Assembly (NCBI GenBank): GCA_032718475.1
Contig: JAUCBJ010006471.1
Location: forward strand, 5,973-69,972
Direction of reading: 5' to 3'
From: Nemertoderma westbladi
Taxonomy: Eukaryota; Animalia; Xenacoelomorpha
DNA length: 64,000 nt
Part shown: in pieces, positions 12,093-24,000 of the stretch
How positions within the stretch are numbered: position 1 is the first letter of the stretch
How the letters are laid out: every line of letters begins with the position of its first letter
Translations under genes and position numbers: made by a program
The notes under the pieces: model-generated
Seen by the model: only the letters and a program-made list of their open reading frames with translations
What the model was told of the DNA's origin: nothing
Databases searched by the model: none

Positions 12093-15000
12093 GGGTTAGG
12101 GACCGTGGACCATCTCGTAGAGTCCCTCGTTATTGCTGAGTGAGGGGTCCACAGTCCCTATGATGGAGGCCGCGTTGCCGACTAGGATGGCGATGGCCAG
12201 CCTCTGCAGGAGGAAGCGGTGAGATCGGGGCTCTTGGGTGACAGAGTGGAGTCTGGCCCCGATCTCCTTCAGGAACTCGGATGTTTCAGGGCCGGGGCGG
12301 CCCAAGGTCTCGTAGGCTACCGGGTGGAAGAGGTAGCCCCGGTCCATGAGTTCCTGATACTTGCGGATCTTTAGAGATTCCGCTTCCTCCGCAGTACGGC
12401 CTCCCGCGGATAGAGTCTGGGCGAGGTGGCTGGGTGCCAGAGGGTCCGCCACCGTCGCGTCCCACGTGAGGAACCGTCCGCGGCTCCACGGGACCAGGGT
12501 GACGCCATCTACTCGCTTCCCATCCCCTCTACACAAGCCTAGAGGCTCGAGCGTAGCGGGGACGCCACAGCTGATGAGCGCCCGGCGAACAATGTCATTA
12601 ACCATTGAGTGGCGCGGAAGTCTGCCGAGGCTCCTAGAGCAGGATAGCCCATGAAGGCCATCCGACAGAACATCCTTGCCACACCGGGCACAGCTGTGGG
12701 GCTCGGTTAGCCTGCTCCCAAGGCGAGTGCCGACCGAGATCCGGAACTGCGAGTCCGTCAGCTTCAGTCCCAAAGAGCTGACGGGGATGGCGTCAAGCCA
12801 GCAGCCTGCGGCGGGGTGGTCCAGGGAGTTCAACCTCGCCACCCCGGATGGTGGGAGGGACTCCCGCAGGGCTGTTAGCCTGGCCTCGTGGACAGGGGCC
12901 AGGTAGGCCCACTGCTTGGTGGCCGCGGACGGAAAAGCAGCGGGGGTGGTTGGTGTTGCGGATGGTGGCGGTGGCGTCGTGGGTGGTAGCGTCGTGGGTG
13001 GAGGCGGTGATGTCACGGGTGGTAGCGGTGGCGTAGTGGGTGGTGGCGTCGTCGTGGGTGGAGGCGGTGGTGTCAGGGGTGGTGGCGGTGGCGTCATGGG
13101 TTGTGGCGTCGTGGGTGGTGGAGGCAGTGGTGTCGCGGATGGTGGCGGTGGCGTCGCGTGTGGTGGCGGTGGCAGTGGCGTAAAGGATCGTGGCGCTAGA
13201 GGCGGGGGGACGGGGGTCACGACAGGATCGAGAGTCGTTGACCACGCAGCGAGGGCACGGTTGTGGGATGGGGAGGGGGCGTCCACCGGAGACTCAAAAA
13301 GGGAGTAGGAGAGTCCAGAGCAGGCAGCCGCGGTCTATTACAGCTTGTGGTGTTTATTTGCAAAATTTAAAAATTACCAAGAAGATCTGTCATCGGATGC
13401 CAGGAAGTATAAACAAAATTCCAGTAGGACAGGGATGGGCTCTGGGCTATGAGACATGAATCCAAGCCGTTGTATGAAAATGTTCCTGATGTTGTGGTGA
13501 AGGAGATGCAAGATTGCATCATAAGATTTGAGGAGGGTGAGTGAAGAGGGTGTGGAACCAGCGTGATCCAACAAGTGATTGCAATGATCAACTTAATGAT
13601 TCATTTGTCAATACCAGTCATAACAATCTCAATCATCATTACCAATATCCATGCAGGATATTACTGATATTAGATCATATACTACTACACTTCAGAAAAG
13701 TTCAACAACAAATAAAACCTCATTGGCAAAGGAGACAACAACTGCTGATACCGTTAGCCATAGTTTTGGGTTACTGGTATAATAAACAAACCCTACAAAT
13801 GAAGTGGGTAGTTCTTTTTCCAGTACATTTTTCGTATCTAATGGGGGCAAGCAGGGAGGTATTTTGAATGGTTATTTATTCAATGTATGGACCAACTCAG
13901 TTGTGATTTAGTAGACCAATGTGGGCTTAGTTCATTAGATTGTTGTAAGTTAAATCATATACAATTACCCTTAATACAACAACCATTTTTAGGTTGCCCC
14001 CCCCCCCCCCCCTAATTATTTTCAAATTTCAATAAAATACTACGAAATTCGGTATGATTATAGTGGACACCTTTTCTTACTGGTGGCCTGGCCGGTTTTT
14101 TTCAATTTCTCAGGTGTTTCCATACAACAAGCCCTTAAACAATGTATTTTTAGCAAAGTTTAACCACCTCCGTAGACTTTATTTTACGTCTTTTAAATGT
14201 AATCTAGATATCATTAGAACTGCCTTCTTCTGTAGATTCCGAATCTGAAAACCGTTTTAAATTTCACCAATATTTTCCTGAGATATTATCAACATTCAAA
14301 GGCATACATTTTAGGACGTTAATCTACATTATTCTAATGTATTTTTTACTCTATTCTAGAATATTAATTATTTACGCACAGCTTTTAGAACGGAGTTTTA
14401 AACGCTTAGCTAAATAATAATTAATATTCTAGAATAGAGTAAAAAATACATTAGAATAATGTAGATTAACGTCCTAAACTGTATGGCTTTGAATGTTGAT
14501 AATAGCTCAGGAAAATATAGGTGAAATTTAAAACGGTTTACAGATTCGGAATCTACAGAAGAAGGCGGTTCTAATGATATCTAGATTACATTTAAAAGAC
14601 GTAAAATAAAATCTACGGAGGTGGTTAAACATTGCTAAAGAAGACATTTTTTAAGGGCTTGTTGTATGGAAATAACTGAGAAATTGAAAAAAAAAGGCCA
14701 GGCCACCAGTAAGAAAAGGTGTCGATCTATCATCATACGGAATTTCGTAGTATTTTATTGAAATTTGAAAAAAATTAGGGGGGGGGGGGGGGCTCTGACC
14801 CCTTAAAAATGGTTTTTGTATTAAGGGTTATGGTGTAATGTATGCAGTTGATATTTGTCTCATTTATAACTCCGCCATTTATTGGGTTGCAAACACTTAT
14901 TTTATTATTGCTAGAGATATACTGTAAATAATAATATCCTGTTTATCCATAAGAAAACCGAAATTATGTATTTTTTGTGCAGTAAATATAATAATCTTTG

Positions 15001-18000
15001 TGTTCCTCCATTCTATTTCTATGCTAAACAAATTCATTGGGCACACCAATGGGAATACGTAGGACATTTATTCCATGAGAGTAAAGAGGATGACTTTGAT
15101 GTCAGCTATTATAAGAGGTTTATACGATAGGGCAAAAACATTAGTTTGTAAATTGAAATATTATTGAATAATAATTATTTATTTTAGAAATAATTAGTAT
15201 ATATTATTGTAATGAATAATTTTCAGAATAATTAGTTTGGGGAGTATGGGGAGCGATGTTTGGGGAGTATGGGGAGCGATGTTTGGGGAGTATGGGTAGC
15301 GATGTTTGGGGAGAATGGGGAGCGATGTTTGGGGAGTATGGGGAGCGATGTTTGGGGAGTATGGGGAGCGATGTTTGGGGAGTATGGGGAGCGATGTTTG
15401 GGGAGTATGGGGAGCGATGTTTGGGGAGTATGGGGAGCGATGATTGGGGAGTATGAGGAGCGATGTTTGGGGAGTATGGGGAGCGATGTTTGGGGAGTAT
15501 GGGGAGCGATGTTTGGGGAGTATGGGGAGCGATGTTTGGGGAGTATGGGGAGCGATGTTTGGGGAGTATGGGGAGCGATGTTTGGGGAGTATGGGGAGCG
15601 ATGATTGGGGAGTATGGGGAGCGATGTTTGGGGAGTATGGGGAGCGATGTTTGGGGAGTATGGGGAGCGATGTTTGGGGAGTATGGGGAGCGATGTTTGG
15701 GGAGTATGGGGAGCGATGTTTGGGGAGTATGGGGAGCGATGTTTGGGGAGTATGGGGAGCGATGTTTGGGGAGTATGGGGAGCGATGTTTGGGGAGTATG
15801 GGGAGCGATGTTTGGGGAGTATGGGGAGCGATGTTTGGGGAGTATGGGGAGCGATGTTTGGGGAGTATGGGGAGCGATGTTTGGGGAGTATGGGGAGCGA
15901 TGTTTGTGGAGTATGGGGAGCGAGGTTTAGGGAGTATGGGGAGCGATGTTTGGGGAGTTTGGGGAGCGATGTTTGGGGAGTATGGGGAGCGATGTTTGGA
16001 TGAATGTGTGAATTGGCTGGCGTTTCTGGCATGGCCGTAGCAAGTAATATATTTATTTATTTATTTATGTTTGTACAGCAAGGTACACTACTTTTATATA
16101 TACAGTACACTAATTGTTTGTTTGTACTTAGGGTAGCGTAGACGTTGGTCTTATAATCATCATCATTATAATTATCAGTTGTTTTAAACTGCCTTCAGCT
16201 CAGCTTACTGACTGAAGTTTTAGACCAATAAAAAAATTGAAAAATTGAATTGCGACAGTTGCATATTTTGTTGCATATTTATTAATATGCATATTTTATT
16301 TGTCCAAGGTGGTTGTGAGAGATTATAATAAGGAACTATATAAATAATTATTTAGGCATGTCTAACCTTAGCAGATTCAGTTCCTATTAGATGTTGACCC
16401 AATACGGCTGCCATAGAGAGTACCGTCACAGGAGCCCAACATGCGAAATTTGTCAGAACCAGCACAGACATTCGTTTAGCTATTGTGGAATCGTGGGAAT
16501 TCCACGAAGGTGAACCACGGACAGTGCAGTACATCCGGAGATAGCAGTAGGCTATCGTAAAAAATCCTATCATATTACACCCCACCAAAGCGAGCACATA
16601 TACTAAAGCAGATTCATTATCTATATCAAAGGGTAGGCATATGGCGAAACGTCTGTAGTCAGAGATACCCACTAATGGCAACATGGCCATTACAAAGGCA
16701 AACACCCACCCACACAGTGCTGTGGCCCAGGCCTGTCGTTTGTTTAAGCGCTTGTGAACATGTAGTGCATTCGTAATGGCATAAACTCTCTCTATGGTGA
16801 TCGCAGTGAGAATCCACACTGATAACTCTGATGATAATACTCCAATAAAACCTGTTGTCTAAATAAAAAGGAAAATTATAATTCTCCAAGCATGTCTAGA
16901 TAAAAATAAAAAAAATATATAATTTTTCATGCATGTCTAAATAAAAATAAAAAGGAAAAATATTATTTTCCAAGCATGAGCTAGCGAGTCATAAGTACCT
17001 ATTGCAATAATAAACCAGATGCATGTATATATTATTATTTAAATAAATTGGACTAGGAATGGATTAGGTGGGACTGTGAGTGTCAGGGGCTAGTGGCTGA
17101 GCTGGTTAGCGCTACTGATGAGGCCTGTTAGGCCGAAACGTACGTATACGCTGGTTCAACCCCCCGTGACGCGCTCTCATTTTTTCCACTTCTGAACAAA
17201 CCCATAATATTACACCTATATTATTATTGACCGATACAATATATTTTTTGGGGCACAATTTTGTACAGTGGTAATATTATTTATGTAAATACCTGACAGT
17301 ATGGACTCATAGTCCACTTTGGTCCATAAACTTTGAATTCTCCTTTGGTTATTGCATCAACAATTGCCAGTGCTAGAAGATATATCCCCATTAAGAAATC
17401 AGCAGCTGCTAAGTTCGTCACCAAAAATCTGGGAACATCGCGTCGGGGCCGCTTGGAGATAACGTTTATAAATATTACAAATGAGTTGCCAACAATGGCG
17501 AGAATTGCCACTGACCAGATTCCTGCGCGCAACCACATCGGTCCCATAAGATCGTCGCAAGGAGTGAACGGGTCTGAAATATAAGTTAGATGGTCATGTC
17601 TACAGAAATTATCATTATAATTTCTTATTAACTCCTGCTGGCAAAATATTGTCATTCTTTCAATCATTTTGTACAGGTGTCTTAATTGCATTAGGAGATG
17701 CACAGGAAAATACACCCCCAGCATATCGATAGGGCTTGTTATTAATTATATTATAAAGCTTGTATATTAGTGAGGTGCTATTACTTAACCTGTTTGTAAC
17801 CAGGGCAATTCAACAATTCAGTCCCATATCCGAATTATTTTCAATGGAATTGTTTTGATTAGGTTATTTTACCCCTGACCCTAGGATGTACTAGATTTCA
17901 CATCCCCAACTCCAGCGTTTTTTACTAGTAGTGGTCATGCCCAACAGTCTGAAAACCACTGTGGATATTTATTGCATACAAGTAAGTATTTAAAAATATT

Positions 18001-21000
18001 TAGAAAAATATTTAATATAAAAATATTTAGAGCATATAAGAATTTTCATTCCTGACACATGGAGTTTGCTGACGATAATGTGAAGGTTGTATTGAAGGCC
18101 TTGAAGAGGCACTACTCAGTTAACTAGGCAGTAATAATCAATAAATGAATGGAACGAATCTGATCTTGATTGCAACAAATTTATTAAACAGATTAATGTT
18201 GAATGACTACAGTATGTCAGGGCTGTAGAGATTCATGCATGGAAATAAGGAAGGTTTCAATCTGATGATAGTAAAGGATGGATAGGCAAGTAGCTGCCAT
18301 TTTTGTATAATTCTGCAAGGCATTTATTATTATTAATTTATTTACACTTATATTATTATATTATTTATTAGTAGAGTATTATTATTATATATTGGTAAGA
18401 AGTTTCCTAAGGTGGTTCTGATTGTGTGTGCTATTCACCCACGAAAGTTGCCCCAGTAGAGGAGGTGGAAAATTTATACCACAGGCCTACAAGCAGCTAA
18501 TGATGGTGATGGAGTGGATCAACATGCATTCTTAACTAGTCTGCTAGCGTCAATCATAGTGTTAACCGAAATTCAGTCCTTCTTCAGGATTTTTTCATCT
18601 TTGGAAAGGGAATGTTTTCTGCTGTAACCCAGTTCAGTTCACTAGAGTACTTCCTAGCATTGCCAAAAGAAACACCTTATTGGTTAGTACGAAAATCTGC
18701 TGTTGTTCTTCTTGTATTCTTCTTGCGTTAAGTGGTGGATACGTTGCGCTGGGGTTCATAAACTAGATATAGACAACGTTAGTTTAGGGGGGTGATGATT
18801 TTTAGGTTGATTTTCAACACACAAAAACAGTGAGGAGAGAAACAAAACTTTTATTTTATGGTTGGAAACCCAATGGTTACTACTACTACTACGTTCGGCA
18901 TGCTGCATTGCTGCTGCATTATATATATATATTACATATATAATATATATTAAGAATGCTGTGCCGGCTTGTCGACAAAATTGCGCCACCACAACTCCCA
19001 TGACATTTGCTAGATCAGCCGCATCTTCAAGGCCAGTTGCCTTTAAGATGCGTCTCAAGAATGTCATGGGCTGTCCACCCACTCCTCATGTCATATTCAC
19101 TCCATCAGGCTGCCAAAGCACAAGATTTGCACTGGCTGGTCCTCACGGCGAAAGCAATGCCCTGCAAAGCAGAGGCAGCTTTGTTCTAGTGTCAAGCTTG
19201 GGGGAACCAATGAGATACCTCCAATGTTATATAGTGTCTGGTTGGAGATGTGTGCATTGCACTTGACACATTGAACCCGGAGTAGCATTCTTGTGAATGT
19301 GCCATCCAGAGATTTGGTGTCCTCAGCATTTAGAGCCCAGCATTGACTCCCATAGAGGAGTACTGGAACTACTGCTGCTCTAAATAATCGGACCTTAAGT
19401 TTCTGGTTAATTCTCTGTGACTTCCAAATTCTGGAAAGCCAATTCAAGGCTGCCCCTGTCTTTCCCTTAGTATTCGAAGGTCCTCATCTGACTTCCGGAT
19501 CCATGATCCCAGGTAACATAAGTCATCCACATGCTCAAGCATACCATCCTTTGAGCTTATGCTCATCCGGTCAGAGACTTGCTGATGACTTTCAAAGTTA
19601 ACTGTCAAAATTTTGACATTTTTGGAGTTAATAAAAAGACCAAAACTAGAAGCAGCCTGTTCTCGCTGAGGAGACATTGGGCTCCCTCTAATGATTCTGA
19701 GAGTACTACTAAGTCATCAGCAAAGTCTAGATCACTTAGGTACTTGGCAGGTTTTCCTCGACTTCTGGAGCCAGTAGGTGGAGTTACCATCACCCCATCA
19801 TCATTATGATGATCTAAGGATATGTATAGAAACATAGTAAACCACAATTATGAACAAGATTGGTGCAATGCAAGTGTGTCTCCCTGGAGGACTCCACCTA
19901 ACACTTCGAATGGTTCTGTGTCACTGTCAACAGTAGACACAAATATCGTCGAACCATTGTATACTGATCTGATTGCTGTAATAATTTCATCAGGAATCCC
20001 ATATATTGAAAGTATGCTGAACATACATGAGCGAGAGACTGAATCAAAGGCCTTGAAGAAGTCAACAAAAAGATAACAGCCAGATGCCTGTCTTTCTTTT
20101 TTGATAACTCTTAAATTAACCGAATAAGTTTCAAAATTGGCTCCATGGTCCCACGACCAATACAGAACCCATTCTGATTTCCACAGAGCAGTCTCTCAAT
20201 GGGATCCCTGACACGATTTAATATAATTCTATTGTATAGCTTTGCAACAATCGAAATCAATGAGATTCCCCAACCATAGAGTGTTAGGTTGCCCTTCTTG
20301 GGAACTGGCACCAACTTATTTGTTTTCATTTCTTGTGGGGCTCTTGTCGTTCTGTACTGTACATGTCTACTATGATGGGATAAATGAGCTTCAAACTATG
20401 GTATATTAAACCAGGTTCAAACCAGGTATATTAAAGACATCAGGGGGGACACCATCTACTCCACTGGCACGATTGGTCTTAAAATGCTCTTTGCAGCAGT
20501 CTTCACTTCAGTAAAGGAGATATAGCCAATGGGAATATCTGGGAGTACAGACTCAGACACTACTTCTATAAAGTTATCAGGCAAAATCCTGTCCTTTTTG
20601 AGGAGTTTTCTTTTACTTTTCAAAGTGGGCCTTTCAACCATTATTGAGGCGATCGGCTGGTGATTCTGCCTTAACCTTACTACTACTAGGATCGGCATGC
20701 TGCATTGCAGCTGCATTTTTAAGAATGCTGTGCCGGCTTGTCAACAAAATTGCACCGCCACAACTCCCTATCACCCATGACATTTGCTAGATCATCCGCA
20801 TCTTTAAGGCCAGTGTCCTTTAAGATGCGTCTCAAGAAAGTCATGGGCTGTCCACCATGCTTATTCACTCCATGAGGCTGCCAAAGTACAAGATTATGCA
20901 CTGGCTGGTCCTCACGGCGAAAGCAATGTCCTGCAAAGCGGAGGCGATTTTGTTCTAGTGTCAAGCTTGGGGGAACCAATGAGACACCTCCAATGTTATA

Positions 21001-24000
21001 TAGTGTCTGGTTGGAGATGTGTGCATTGTACTTGACACAATGTACCCGGCGTAGCATTCTTGTGAATGTGCCATCCAGAGATTTGGTGTCCTCAGCAGTT
21101 AGAGCCCAGCATGGACTCCCGTAGATGAGTACTGGAACTACTGCTGCTCTGAATAATCGGACCTTAAGTTTCCGATTAATTCTAGGTGACTTCCAAATCC
21201 TGGAAAGCCTATTCAAGGCTGCCCATGCCTTTCCCTTTGCCTTAACCTTGGTGGTTGGTTGGCTTTTCTGCCCAGTAAGCAATTTGATCGATTTCCATGC
21301 CTGGGATGATTGCCTGCTGTCATCGGCATCATTGATGGCATCAACCTGTTGGTTTATAATCTCCTGTTGATTAACATAGTACTTTTTTCCTGTTTCGAGG
21401 GTATACAGGAACTGTTTCTGCAGCTGCTAACTCTTACTGCTTCTGTGAAGGCATTATAGCCCTTGCAGTGATCTGCCACCTCAGAGGCAAGAACCTCATA
21501 CCTGTTGCTCAGTTGTAGTGTGAAGCTGGATCTCACACTTGGCTGTTGCAACAGAGAGGACCAGTCATGCCGTGGCAAGGCAGATTTCGTTGTTCTGCTA
21601 GCATGCAGACTTACTTTGTTCTGTACTTGTAAGTCTCACCTTGGCCACAATAAGGCGGTGATCACTGGATAAGGGTCGAAGTGTAAATGCGTTACAGTCT
21701 TGTATAGAGCACCTGTATTTCCTATGAAACAGAATATGGTCTAAAACCGGCCAAGTGACATTTTTGTCAAAATTGATGTTTTGATTGAATAATATAGAAT
21801 CGAATGCACTCTCTCAAGTGGTAAAAATGGCTAAGTCATAGAGCCAATCAGTAAAAAGTTATTCAATTATAGAATAACAGCCACGTAGCAGAGTACTATT
21901 TTACGGTATGTCAGAAAATCCTAATTGCTTATAGCTGTTTTTGCCATTATGCGCCAACATCCTATATGTTTTTAGGCATTTTTGCCATTTCAACAAATGA
22001 ATACCTTCTGACAGACTGTGTTGTGTAGTAGATGTAATTGTGGCAGAAAGTATTATAAAATACTAACATATTAAAACTAATGCCAAAATTACCCAATTAC
22101 AATTACGTATATTTATTAACTATTAAACACAGTAACACAGAGTTCAAAGAAAAAAATTCGGTAAGACTATTACAATCAACACTGTAACTGTAAGATTTTA
22201 CCAACAACTTCACCGGCGGTGCAGGCGGTTGTCGCGCCCATAACAGACTCAGACGTTTCTCCGACTTCACCGGCGGTGCAGGCTGATGTCGCGCCCCTAA
22301 CGGACTCGGTCGTTCCCCCGACTTCACCGGCTGTGCAAGAACCATGCAACAAGCGCTCGGAATGCTGCCAGTGTTGGTACGCTGACGACGCATCGGCTGT
22401 TGGCAGACTGGCAGCTGTACATCGGTGGTGGCTGATGCTGAAAGAATTCGGCCCCTCAATCGGATACTTCCCCGAGCCGAGTAAGAGCCAGTTGGTTATC
22501 AAACACGGACTTGAAGACACTGCCCACGAGATATTCGGCTCCAGCGGTGTCCGGATATCTCATGGCCACCGCTTTCTTGGAGGCTATGTTGGCGACTCCG
22601 TTGGCAAGCGTGCGTTTCTAGCGGAGAAGGTGTCTGGCTGGACGAAGTCCATCGACATCCTAGCGGACGTCGCGACAGAGTTCCCCCAGACAGCCCACTC
22701 AGCGATGAGCCGCTGTCTGCAAGCTGAGTGGGACTACATCCTCCGGGTGTGCAACCCACACGAGTCAGAACTCGCTCCGATCCAGTCGATGTTGGTCAAC
22801 CGATACATCCCCTCTCTCTTCGGTTCGACCCCCAGCCCGGCCCTCGATCGGCTCCTGCTTCTCCCGGTCCGGCATGGTGGTCTGGGCATCCGGGACCCCA
22901 TCGAGCGATCCGGGCCGGCCCATCTCGCAACGACTTCCGGTACTGCGAGGATTGTGGATGCCATAGAGACTGGCGGGTGTCTCCACGTCGCTGACCACGT
23001 CGCCTGCCTCAAGACAGCCCTTGTCGAGTGTTGACAGACACAGGACGCCGCCTGTAAGGTCAAATTCGAGGCCTCTCTGGCGGCGCGTTCCCACCTGATC
23101 GGCGCCGAACTGTCAGCCGGGCGGCGAAATACAAGACTGGTGGATGGCTCTCCGCGCAACCCTCGCCCATAGACCACACCGACCTGGACCCGCAGTCTTT
23201 TCGGGACAACCTCTCGTTGCGGTATAGTATGACGCCCCCAGACCTTCCAGTAAACTGCGAGGGCTGCGGCGAACCCTTCGACACTGCGCACGCTCTCAGC
23301 TGCAAGGTCGGAGGGCTAGTTATTCGCCGGCACAATGAGATCCGGGACGTGTTTGGTGACCTTCTTGCGGAGGCCTTCGGTGCGACTAACATCGAGCGGG
23401 AGGTCACCCTGGCCGAAGGTCACCAGGTCTCGGATGGGCAGGCTGTGGAGGGGGTGAGGGCGGATTTGGTATCCAGGGGTGTTTGGGCGAACCAGGTAGT
23501 GGCGTCTTTCGACGTATCGATTATAAATCTTGACGCCACTTCCTATGTTCGCTCCAACGCCTCAACGGAGACCTTACTATGCTCTAAGAGGGTCGGGATG
23601 AGACAGCGGGGTTTAGGAGAGGTTTTGGGTGCGGTGAGGCGGCGGCTGCAGTTTGGTCTCCTTCGGGCGACCTCTCTGTGCCTCCGGGGTGGTAGGAGGC
23701 CATGGCGGGGCCTCGGGTTTGGGGATGGGGCGGGGATTCGGGGTGTTGACCCAGATATGTACTGATTACATATCTGTTTCTTTATTGTAAATATTTATTG
23801 TTAACCTGTGCTTCTATCTTAATTATTCTACTTAATTAATTTGTGATCATTTGTGCTTCGCCTGATTTTATAATTTAGTAATGGAATAATAAATTGATAA
23901 AATAAAAAAAAAAAAGATTTTACCAACAATACCAGTCAGGAATCAGTATTCATTTATAGATTTGTCAAAATTACTCTTCTTACTCAAAATTTGGTTTGAT

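Noticed and set aside
15232-16040. Long ORFs on both strands (up to 266 aa)
   Set aside because: Translations of the stop-free 23-bp minisatellite.
17078-17185. Canonical tRNA gene
   Set aside because: No anticodon stem-loop or proper T-stem; the middle is a hammerhead.
17574-17724. N-terminal part of ORF 17281..17724
   Set aside because: Open intron sequence upstream of the acceptor at 17574; hinge homology continues in exon 28698-28850.
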